Assembly (NCBI GenBank): GCA_037133055.1
Contig: JBAXOY010000018.1
Coordinates: 1 to 36,596, forward strand
Length of the DNA: 36,596 nt
Source of the DNA: Chlamydiota bacterium
GTDB lineage: Bacteria; Auribacterota; Tritonobacteria; UBA1439
Reading direction: 5' to 3'
The notes beneath the pieces are model-generated. The model saw only the letters and a list, made by a program, of their open reading frames with translations, searched no databases and was not told the origin of the DNA. The position numbers were made by a program, and so were the translations under genes. The number at the start of each line of letters is the position of its first letter. Positions within the stretch are counted from its first letter, which is position 1. This document shows, piece after piece, positions 26,151-34,464 of this stretch.

Positions 26151-26996
26151 CTAACGCTTCGACGCGGAGATGATCGCGTAGACGCCCAGCGGGTCGGACC
26201 TGAGGCTGAAATCCCCGAAGCTGCACTCCTCGAAGAGGCGCATGATCTTGTCCGGCGAGCGGTAATTCAGGTGCCAGTTGAAGACCCTGCGCAGGTAGCG
26301 GTCCACGCCGTGGCTCGAGACCATGCTGTTCACCAGCACGGTGCCACCCGGCGAGAGCCTGCGGTGGCTCACCCGGAGAAGGTCGCGCACCTGGTCGTCG
26401 GTGAGATACTCGAGGATGCCCACCATCTTGACGATGTGCGGCACCACGTCGAGCAGGCGCTCCAGGTTTATCGCGTTGCCGGCGATGTAGCGGACCCTTT
26501 TTTCGAGCCCCATCTCCGCCGCCATCTTCCGGCCGAAGTCGAACGCGTCCGTGTCCTCATCGATGCAGTAGGCGAAGACGCGGTCGGTCCTGGCGTCCAC
26601 CATCGCCTCGAGGACGTTGAACCCCGGCCCCGTCCCGATGCCGACGATGTGGACGTCGCCGTTCACGCGGTGTTTCCGGATAAGGTCGCCGATCGTCCTG
26701 ACCGCCATCGCCTTGCGGTTCCGCGCGCTCAGGGTGAGGACCGCGTCCTTGAGCATGCGCTTGTCGATGAAATCGACCGGCACCCCGTTGTCGTAGGTGA
26801 TCTTCATCGCCCTCCATCCGCCCGGGCGGAGGAGGGATTCCTTGAGGAGCGGGCTCCTGCTCGTTTCCAGAATGCCGGAGAGCAATTTCGCGGGGATGAG
26901 GTAGTTGACGAGCGGGTTCACGAGCGCCCGGTTGAACGCGCGCTGGAAGAGGGGAAGGGTTTCGTACCGTACGCCGTCGATCTCCAGGTGGCGCAT
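26151..26996 (-). CDS. Class I SAM-dependent methyltransferase (YnbC C-terminal-like)
   Basis: VHIVGIGTGPG, GILEYLTD, LSPGG, WHLNYRS. Confidence 0.82.
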   Translation of the reverse strand: MRHLEIDGVRYETLPLFQRAFNRALVNPLVNYLIPAKLLSGILETSRSPLLKESLLRPGGWRAMKITYDNGVPVDFIDKRMLKDAVLTLSARNRKAMAVRTIGDLIRKHRVNGDVHIVGIGTGPGFNVLEAMVDARTDRVFAYCIDEDTDAFDFGRKMAAEMGLEKRVRYIAGNAINLERLLDVVPHIVKMVGILEYLTDDQVRDLLRVSHRRLSPGGTVLVNSMVSSHGVDRYLRRVFNWHLNYRSPDKIMRLFEECSFGDFSLRSDPLGVYAIISASKR

Positions 26997-27002
26997 GGGC
27001 GT

Positions 27003-28295
27003 CTACCCCCGGTACCGCGAGAGGATGAGACAGATATTCTGCCCCCCGAATCCGAAGGAGTTCGAGAGGGCGATATCCACTTTGGCCTCGCGCGCCTTGT
27101 TGGGGACGTAGTCGAGGTCGCAGTCGGGGTCCGGGTGCTCCTGGTTGATCGTGGGGGGGATGATCCCGCGCCCGATGGCGAGAAGGCAGACCGCGGCCTC
27201 CACGGCCCCGGCTGCGGCGATCAGGTGCCCCATTATCGATTTCGTCGAACTGATGAGCACCGCCCGGCTGTGCTCCCCGAAGACCTTCTTGATCGCGAGC
27301 GTCTCCACCCGGTCGTTGATCTGCGTGGAGGTCCCGTGCGCGTTGATGTACCCCACCTGCGGGGGGCTGATCCGGGCATCGTTCAGGGCGTTCTGCATCG
27401 CCTGGGCGGCGCCACGGCCGTCCGGGTGGATATCGGTGATGCGGTACGCGTCCGAGGAGCACCCGTAGCCGAGAAGCTCTCCGTAGATACGCGCCCCGCG
27501 ATGCGCGGCGTGACTTTCCTCCTCGAGGATGAGAACGCCCGCCCCCTCGGAGAGCACGAACCCGTCGCGCTTCTGGTCGAACGGGCGGCTCGCCTTCTCC
27601 GGTTCGTCGTTCCGCGTGGAGATCGCGTTGAGGAGGCTGAAGCCCGCGAGTCCCATCGGGTGAATCATCGAGTGAGCCCCCCCCGCAAACATGACCTCGG
27701 CGTCGCCCCGCACGATGGTGCAAGCCGCCTCGCCGAGGGCCTGGGCGCTCGCGGCGCAGGCCGTGAGGCAGTTCGAGTTCGGGCCGTGCGCGTTGAACAG
27801 GTTCGAGATATGATAGACCGGCTTGTTCGGCTCGTACTCGATGTCTTTCCGCGGGTTCAGCATCTCCATTCCGCGGCTCAGGAAGCGCGGGATGAAGACC
27901 CCGCCGTCCGCATCGAGCGATTCGGATATCCTGCGGGCGAGCCAGAGGAAGCTCGGGTCGCCCTCTCCGCACCCGAGGTACACCCCGACCCGCTCCGGCT
28001 TCAGCGCGCAGCCCCCGAGGCCCGAGTCTTCGTGGGCGAGGCGCGCGGCCGCGAGGGAGAAGCGGCTGTGCGCCCCCAGACAGTCGATATCGTCGCGGGG
28101 GCCGAGCATCCGACGGGCGTTGAAGCCCTTCACCTGCCCGGCGATCCTCGTGGGGAACCCCGACGCATTGAAGTGCGTGAGCCTGCTGATGCCGGAGCGG
28201 CCGTTGACGAGGGAGTCCCAGTTCTGCTCGATCCCTATGCCGAGCGGGGTGACAAGCCCGATTCCCGTGATCACCACGCGCCGTTGGCCGCTCAT
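27003..28295 (-). CDS. fabF: Beta-ketoacyl-ACP synthase II, intact Cys-His-His
   Basis: TACAAS, NAHGTST, KSIMGHLIAAAG, NSFGFGGQN. Confidence 0.93.
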   Translation of the reverse strand: MSGQRRVVITGIGLVTPLGIGIEQNWDSLVNGRSGISRLTHFNASGFPTRIAGQVKGFNARRMLGPRDDIDCLGAHSRFSLAAARLAHEDSGLGGCALKPERVGVYLGCGEGDPSFLWLARRISESLDADGGVFIPRFLSRGMEMLNPRKDIEYEPNKPVYHISNLFNAHGPNSNCLTACAASAQALGEAACTIVRGDAEVMFAGGAHSMIHPMGLAGFSLLNAISTRNDEPEKASRPFDQKRDGFVLSEGAGVLILEEESHAAHRGARIYGELLGYGCSSDAYRITDIHPDGRGAAQAMQNALNDARISPPQVGYINAHGTSTQINDRVETLAIKKVFGEHSRAVLISSTKSIMGHLIAAAGAVEAAVCLLAIGRGIIPPTINQEHPDPDCDLDYVPNKAREAKVDIALSNSFGFGGQNICLILSRYRG

Positions 28296-29591
28296 TCAGT
28301 CTGACTCCGCGTTGCGCAACACCAGGCTCACATTCTGCCCCATGAAGTCGAACGAGTTGCAGACCGCGCACCGTATCGCCGCCTCACGCGGGCGGGGAAC
28401 GTAATCCAGGTCGCACTCCGGGTCCTTCGTCTCATAATTATACGTGCAGGGTATGCTCCCCCGGCCGAGGGCGAGGGCGATGCTGATGAGCCCCATCGCG
28501 CCCGACGCGGGCCCGAGGTCGCCTATCTGGCCCTTGATGGAGCTCACGGGGATCTCGTACGCCCGGGGGCCCCAGACTTCCTTTATGGCCATCGTCTCCA
28601 GGCGGTCGGTGAAGGGTATCGAGTTCCCGTGGGCGCTGATATAGTCGATCTCGCCGGCGGGCGTTCCGGAGTCGGCGATCGCCGCGCGCATGGCGCGCGC
28701 CTTGCTGGAGGGCTCGATCGAGCCGCCGGGGCCGCTTTGCATGTCCACCGCGCTCCCGTACCCGGTGATCTCGGCGTAGACCCGGGCGCCTCGCGCCCGC
28801 GCATGCTCGCGCTCCTCGAGGATGAGCATGCCTGCCCCCTCCCCGATGACGAAGCCGTCCCGCCCCGCGTCGAAGGGGCGGCTCGCCTTCTCCGGGGCGT
28901 CGTTTCGCTTCGAGAGCACCCCGAGCCGGTGATAGCGTATGAGCTTGAGGGGGGTGATGCAGGAGCTGGCCCCCCCGGTGATGATGAGGTCCGCCCCGCC
29001 CCGGGAAATGATGCGGAACGCCTCTCCGATCGCGTGGGCGCTCGAGGAGCATCCGCTGGTTATCGTGTTGCTCGGCCCCTGCGCGTTGTACATGATGGCG
29101 ACGTGGGAGGCCAGCATGTTGGGGAGCTGCTTCAGGAGCCACAGGGGAAAGAGCTTCGGGATCCCCTCGACGCCGAATTTCGTCAGGTCGAACTGGCCGT
29201 CCTCCCCGCGGGACTGCGCGATGGCGGGGGCGAGCTCGCAGGGGTCGGTGGAAATCATGCTGGCCCCGAACACCACACCGAGACGCTCGGGGTCGAACCG
29301 CGCATTCCCGAGCCCCGCGTCGCCCGCAGCTTCCCGCGCCGCGGCGACGGCGAACTGCATGTCGCGGATCATCACCTTGAGCGATTTCTTCTTCTCGATG
29401 TACTTCAGCGGGTCGAAGCCCTTCACCTCCGCGGCGATCCGTGTGGGGAATCCGGCGGTATCGAATAGGGTGATCCCGGCGACGCCGGATTTCCGCGCCA
29501 TGAGATTGGTCCAGAATTCGTCGCGGCTGAGGCCGAGGGGGCTTATCACCCCAACCCCGCTGATGACCACCCTGCGTTTCTTCTGGATCAT
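28296..29591 (-). CDS. FabF-like ketosynthase with second His replaced by Asp (chain-length-factor-like partner)
   Basis: Start MIQKKRRVVISG; SGCSSS, SAHGNS, KGQIGDLG, NSFDFMGQN. Confidence 0.9.
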   Translation of the reverse strand: MIQKKRRVVISGVGVISPLGLSRDEFWTNLMARKSGVAGITLFDTAGFPTRIAAEVKGFDPLKYIEKKKSLKVMIRDMQFAVAAAREAAGDAGLGNARFDPERLGVVFGASMISTDPCELAPAIAQSRGEDGQFDLTKFGVEGIPKLFPLWLLKQLPNMLASHVAIMYNAQGPSNTITSGCSSSAHAIGEAFRIISRGGADLIITGGASSCITPLKLIRYHRLGVLSKRNDAPEKASRPFDAGRDGFVIGEGAGMLILEEREHARARGARVYAEITGYGSAVDMQSGPGGSIEPSSKARAMRAAIADSGTPAGEIDYISAHGNSIPFTDRLETMAIKEVWGPRAYEIPVSSIKGQIGDLGPASGAMGLISIALALGRGSIPCTYNYETKDPECDLDYVPRPREAAIRCAVCNSFDFMGQNVSLVLRNAESD

Positions 29592-29709
29592 GGCGCTTCC
29601 ACACCCGTCATGGACCCGCCGCAATGCCCGGGGAGCGTCGCCCGCGGCGTTTGCCGGAGTCATGCCCGGTACCCACGCGCGCAAAGGGGCGCGCTCAGCA
29701 GCGGGAGTC

Positions 29710-29738
29710 ATGCTAGGGCATTTTTTCGGCGATGTCAA
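29710..29738 (-). promoter_or_regulatory. Sigma70-type promoter of the ketosynthase operon
   Basis: TTGACA-17 nt-TAGCAT, about 120 nt upstream of ATG 29591. Confidence 0.65.
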
Positions 29739-29809
29739 TATTCAATGCGGCCGGGGCCGGGGCTCGGCGGGGCGATGGCCCGGCGCACACGGCGAAAATC
29801 GCAGGGCAA

Positions 29810-31123
29810 TCAAAAGTCCGATACGGCGACCTTGAACGCCACATTCAATGCCAGCATGAGTTCTTCCATCGTAAATTCCCGATAATTGATGCTCTCGAGC
29901 GGCTTGTCCATGAGCGATATCCGCGTCAGGTAATGGCCGATGCGTCGTTTAATACTCGCCTTCGAATAGAACCGCCGCCATATCCATCGCAGGCCTTCCT
30001 CCAGCTCTTCGGGGGACATATGTTTGGGATAGAAGGTGGCATACTGGCCGTTATACCTGGACAGGTCTTCCTCGAATAACCTGTTTTCCTTTTTCAGCAT
30101 GCGATACATGTTCGATCCTTCGCCGGGGGACAGGGCTGAAAACAACGCCAGATCGATTGTGCTCTCTTCGGCGAACTCCAGCGTTTTGCTGAAGACATCC
30201 TTGCGGTCGGAATCGAACCCGAACATGAACGATCCGTAGACCGCAATCCCGGCGTCATGAATGCGCTGGATCCACTCCCGGTACTTCTTCGGATCGGCCC
30301 ATCCCTTGTTCACTTCTTTCAGCCCTTCTTCGCTCAGCGTCTCAATGCCGCAGAAGAGAAATTTGCAGCCGCTTTGCCGCGCGAGCGCCAGGAACTCCGT
30401 GTCGGCAGCCCCGTTGATGGTAAACTGGCCGCTCCAGGATATCTTGAGCGGGATGATCTCCCGCAGGAGTTTTTTGATGTAGATCCGGTTCCCCGCGATA
30501 TTGTCATCCACGAAAAAAATCATCTTGTCGGCGAACTCGGCTACCTGGGCGACAACATCCCCGATGGGGCGCTGGCGCACCGTGCCCCGGTAGAATTTCG
30601 TCACGGAACAATAGTCGCATTGGTGCGCGCACCCGCGGCTTGTCTCCGTGTGGTAAAAGTCAAGGTGCTGAACAATTTTCTTGGGTATGAAGGGGATATT
30701 CTTCAAGTCGATATAGCCGTCACTCCGGTAGTGTCGCTTGAGCCTTCCGGACCCGGCATCGTCCAGTATCCGCCGCCAGAGCGGCTCCCCTTCGCCGATC
30801 GCGATCGCATCCGCGTGCGGGAGCGCCTTTTCCGGCCACAGGGTGGGGTAGAATCCCCCCATGATAACCGGCACGCCGCGGCGGCGAAATTCCGCGGCTA
30901 TCCTGCCTGCTTGCGGCGCCACATGCAGCATGACGGTGATGCCGACGAGATCGGCGGATTGCTCGTAATCGATGTCTTGGGTGTTCTCGTCGATGATGGC
31001 GACTTCGATATCGGGGGGGGTCAGGGACGCAAGGGTGGGCAGGGCAAGGGGGACGGAATTCATGTACTTGACCGATGCCTGTCCCCTGCCGCTGATCCTC
31101 GGATTGATGAGCAGCACCTTCAT
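29810..31123 (-). CDS. Cobalamin-binding radical SAM protein
   Basis: PLAL..LA, DLVGIT, VIMGG.YPT, IGEGE (B12-binding domain); TSRGCAHQCDYC; FFVDDN; GIET. Confidence 0.93.
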   Translation of the reverse strand: MKVLLINPRISGRGQASVKYMNSVPLALPTLASLTPPDIEVAIIDENTQDIDYEQSADLVGITVMLHVAPQAGRIAAEFRRRGVPVIMGGFYPTLWPEKALPHADAIAIGEGEPLWRRILDDAGSGRLKRHYRSDGYIDLKNIPFIPKKIVQHLDFYHTETSRGCAHQCDYCSVTKFYRGTVRQRPIGDVVAQVAEFADKMIFFVDDNIAGNRIYIKKLLREIIPLKISWSGQFTINGAADTEFLALARQSGCKFLFCGIETLSEEGLKEVNKGWADPKKYREWIQRIHDAGIAVYGSFMFGFDSDRKDVFSKTLEFAEESTIDLALFSALSPGEGSNMYRMLKKENRLFEEDLSRYNGQYATFYPKHMSPEELEEGLRWIWRRFYSKASIKRRIGHYLTRISLMDKPLESINYREFTMEELMLALNVAFKVAVSDF

Positions 31124-31361
31124 AAATACCCGGTCTCCCGCGCCGACGTCATCATCGCGAAGGGCACGCCCTTTCCGGCAGATTATTTCACGATGCGAAC
31201 GCGTTCATCATACTACCGTGGGAGACTCATGCCAAGCGGGTTTTATGGGTGATCCTCGTCGGGCGGCCTGAAGGCTGCCCGACCGCGGGGGATGCCGACA
31301 CTGTTTTCGCTTGAGCGGGGCGCACGGGGAACCCTATACTTGTTCAGGGAGGGCACGGAAT

Positions 31362-31604
31362 ATGAAAGTGCGCGCGATCGTGGACCGGATCGAGGAGGAC
31401 CTCGCGGTGCTCGAGGTCGGCGGCGAGGGGATGGTCGAGTGGCCCGTCAAGTTTCTTCCTCGCGGGCTGGGAGAGGGGAATGTCCTGGACGTGGAATTCA
31501 CGATCAACAAGAAGGCCGAAGCCGAGGCCCGCGCGGAGATCTCCGACCTCCAGAGGGAGTTGCTGGAGCGGACGAAGAAGATGGACGAAGGGAAGAAGGC
31601 ATAA
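31362..31604 (+). CDS. DUF3006 family protein
   Basis: MKVRAIVDRIEEDLAVLE...LPRGLGEGNVL; GGAGG RBS; family commonly found beside ComEC-type genes. Confidence 0.82.
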   Translation: MKVRAIVDRIEEDLAVLEVGGEGMVEWPVKFLPRGLGEGNVLDVEFTINKKAEAEARAEISDLQRELLERTKKMDEGKKA

Positions 31605-31674
31605 GGGCGTGTGAGCGTAACCGCAAAGCGCAACCATCTACACTCATACGCGCCTACGCCCTTACGCTCACACG
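31602..31674. repeat. Intergenic imperfect palindrome built from 8-bp micro-repeats
   Basis: CGTGTGAGCGTAA (31608-31620) / TTACGCTCACACG (31662-31674); units ctacactc, atacgcgc, ctacgccc, ttacgctc. Confidence 0.7.
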
Positions 31675-31688
31675 GATCCTGCCCCGGT

Positions 31689-34217
31689 CTACCGGAACGT
31701 CGTCACCTTCCACCCGACCCCATCGCTGGTGAATGTCACCGCCCCGTGGAGATCGGTGCGCAGCACTGCGGCGCCCTCCTCCCGAAGCCGCGCAAGGGTC
31801 TCTGGCGAGGGATGACCGAACCGGTTCTGCGCTCCGGCGCTGACGATCGCCCACCGCGGAGATACCCTCCGGAGGAATTCCTTCGTGCACGAAGAAGCGC
31901 CTCCGTGATGCCCCACCTTGAGCACGTCGGCCTTGAGGGACACACCGCGCCGGCACAGCGTCTCCTCAGCCTCACGCTCCATGTCCCCGCAGAGGAGGAC
32001 GCGCGTCCGCCCGAACGTCATCATCAGCGCGACCGATCCGTTGTTCTGCCCGGTCTGCGTCCGCGAGCATGTACCACCGCCGGGATTGAGCACCGTGATC
32101 CTCACTCCGTCCCCTTCCGCAAGGAGGTCTCCTCCGGAGACCTTGAAGATTTTGCCTCGCGATCCCCTCCCCAGTGCGGGCGGACCTCGCGGCAGTACCG
32201 GGGCAGTTATCCCCGTCCCGATCACCGCCCTGTCTACAGGGAACTCCCCTAAGACGGCGTCGAACCCGCCGTAATGGTCATCGTGCGCATGGGTGAGCAG
32301 GGCGGTCTCCACCCTGGAGCAGCCCAAAGACTTGAGGAACGGCGTGACGATCCTGCGTCCGGCCGCCACCCCGGCGTGGGGCCCCGCGTCCACGAGGAGG
32401 ATTTCTCCGCCGGGGAACTCGACGCAGGCCGAATCCCCCTGTCCCACGTCAAGAAATGTGATCCTGAGAACCGGCGGATCGCGTATGAATGCCCCGGGCA
32501 AAAGGGGCATGAGCGCCATCGCCGATAGGAGGAGCGCTTTCCATCTTCCCCGGGCGGTCCCCCTGAGCACGAGGATGCCCGCAGCCACGATCCCGTAATA
32601 TAGGCACAGGGTAAGCGGGCCCGGGGCGCTCACATAATGCCAGGAGTACGGGATACGAGAGAGCAGATCGATGGCGGCGAGCATGGCGCCCGCCACGCAG
32701 CAGTTGAGCCGGTTTATGAGCCCCGCGAGCTGCATCGAGACGCACGAAACGAGGATGCCGCTGAACCCGAGGCACACGATCGCGAACCCCGCGGGGATCA
32801 CCACCATGTTGCCGATCAGGCCGAGCGCCGTCACGATATGGAACGACGAAGCGATGAACGGGGCCATGCCGATCCATGTGGCGATGGATGCCGAGACCAG
32901 CCCGATCGCCTGCGAACCCCACCACCACCCCACCCGTTCTCCGCGGCGTATCAACAGCTGGCCCGGCAGCGGCCGGCACGGCCAGACACGGTGAAAAAGG
33001 GCCGCCAGGGGCCCGGAGAGGACAAGGATCGAAAGAACGGCGATAAACGAGAGCTGGAACCCAGTGTCGAATAGCTGAAGCGGGCTCGCCGCGAGGATGG
33101 CGAGTGCGGCAAGACCGAGCGCGTTCAACGCGTCCCGCTGCCTTCCCGCGAATGGCGCCGCAAGGAGCGCGATGAACATGAGCGAGGCGCGGAGGACGGG
33201 CACCGCGGCCCCCGTGACCACCGCATACAGGCCGATAAGGGGTATCGCAATGATCGCGGCGAGCCGGCGCGGCACGCGCAGGAGGCTCAGCGCCGCCCGG
33301 ACCATCAGGAAGAAGAACCCGACATGGAGGCCCGATATCGCCAGGATGTGCATCGTGTTGGTGAGCTGAAACGGCCTGGCGATCTCGTCGCCGATCTGTT
33401 CCCTGATCCCAAGGATCATCGCGAGAATGACCTGTGCGGGAGGGCCGCCCGGCATCCCCGCCTCGAGGCGCCTCCTGAGTTCCAGCCTCAGCGCCTCGAT
33501 CCGGCCGGCGATCCGGCGTTGTGTGCCCGAACGGAGCCCCCTCACTCCGCGGCTGCCGTTGACGGCGAGGGAATATTCGATTCCCCTTCTGCGCCAGAAC
33601 GCTCTGCCGTCGAACTGCCCCGGGTTGGTGGCCTCTCTGATTCGGCGAAGGACGCCGTAGATCTCGACCTCGTCCCCGCACGTGAGCGCGAGCGGCGCAT
33701 CGGCCACCAACACCGCGCACACATCGCCGGACAGTGGGATCCACCCGCGCGCCGTCTCGGCGGCGGAGATACGCAGCGCCCCGACCCCTTTCCACCGCGG
33801 CTCTCCGCGTTCGTCAGGCTGTCGTTCCCAGGCGGGCGCCTGGCGCACCGTTCCCCGCACCGAGAGACATACGGCCCTGTCCCCGAAAAGCGTCCCGAGA
33901 TCGGACCGGTCGAGACAGCGCTCATGCAGCGCGCACACGCATACGCCGGCGAAAAAAGCGGCGGACAGCGTGGCGGCGGATGCTGTCCGCTCTCCCCTGA
34001 GATGGACTCCCGCTCCCGCCGCTGCGAGCGCAAGCAACGCAGCGGGAATCGCGGGCTTCACCCTGCACGGAGCGCACGCAAGAATCCCCCCCGCAAACGC
34101 GCACGCAAGCCAGAATGCCGGTCTTCGCACGACACACCCCTTTTGTGAAAGAAGCAAGGATCGTGCCGTAGCGCTGATACGCGCATGATTTTTCTTACTC
34201 CGCAACCCATTCGACAC
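31689..34217 (-). CDS. comEC: DNA uptake channel ComEC/Rec2 (OB, competence and metallo-beta-lactamase domains); start may be about 30 codons downstream
   Basis: NPGQFD, HILAISGLHVG, GFQLSF, FLDVGQGDS, THAHDDHYGG, LKVGHHG, NRFGHP. Confidence 0.95.
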   Translation of the reverse strand: MSNGLRSKKNHARISATARSLLLSQKGCVVRRPAFWLACAFAGGILACAPCRVKPAIPAALLALAAAGAGVHLRGERTASAATLSAAFFAGVCVCALHERCLDRSDLGTLFGDRAVCLSVRGTVRQAPAWERQPDERGEPRWKGVGALRISAAETARGWIPLSGDVCAVLVADAPLALTCGDEVEIYGVLRRIREATNPGQFDGRAFWRRRGIEYSLAVNGSRGVRGLRSGTQRRIAGRIEALRLELRRRLEAGMPGGPPAQVILAMILGIREQIGDEIARPFQLTNTMHILAISGLHVGFFFLMVRAALSLLRVPRRLAAIIAIPLIGLYAVVTGAAVPVLRASLMFIALLAAPFAGRQRDALNALGLAALAILAASPLQLFDTGFQLSFIAVLSILVLSGPLAALFHRVWPCRPLPGQLLIRRGERVGWWWGSQAIGLVSASIATWIGMAPFIASSFHIVTALGLIGNMVVIPAGFAIVCLGFSGILVSCVSMQLAGLINRLNCCVAGAMLAAIDLLSRIPYSWHYVSAPGPLTLCLYYGIVAAGILVLRGTARGRWKALLLSAMALMPLLPGAFIRDPPVLRITFLDVGQGDSACVEFPGGEILLVDAGPHAGVAAGRRIVTPFLKSLGCSRVETALLTHAHDDHYGGFDAVLGEFPVDRAVIGTGITAPVLPRGPPALGRGSRGKIFKVSGGDLLAEGDGVRITVLNPGGGTCSRTQTGQNNGSVALMMTFGRTRVLLCGDMEREAEETLCRRGVSLKADVLKVGHHGGASSCTKEFLRRVSPRWAIVSAGAQNRFGHPSPETLARLREEGAAVLRTDLHGAVTFTSDGVGWKVTTFR

Positions 34218-34270
34218 AGGGATATTGCGAAGACAGGCACGATCAGCAGGGATTATTCACGGCAGAGTAG

Positions 34271-34311
34271 TGACAACTGATGGTGACACTGTCAACGGGG
34301 ATTGACAGTCA
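34271..34311. promoter_or_regulatory. Cluster of TGACA/TGTCA half-sites upstream of comEC (candidate operator overlapping a -35)
   Basis: TGACA at 34271; palindrome TGACA-C-TGTCA 34284-34294; TGAC-A-GTCA 34303-34311. Confidence 0.4.
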
Positions 34312-34464
34312 GGGATGAAGATTCCCGCAGGCGATCAATACTGCCAGCCGAATTCCAGGTTTTCAAAAGAGGGCGTTGGCCAGAGCTTCGGCCCGTAGGC
34401 GTGTTCGTGGCATGATATAACGATGCCCGGCGCCGCCGCGGCGGCCGGCGCGAATCCGGCACTT

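Noticed and set aside
25668..28304. 878-aa plus-strand ORF and similar long plus-strand ORFs (25-1038, 11122-12441, 12779-14191, 17394-18908, 20581-22020, 24348-25667)
   Set aside because: Antisense shadows of well-supported minus-strand genes in high-GC DNA; no recognisable motifs.
27003..31123. Direct call as a ladderane or aryl polyene cluster
   Set aside because: Only partial overlap in gene content; ACP, FabZ, desaturase-like and multiple radical SAM genes are absent from the window.
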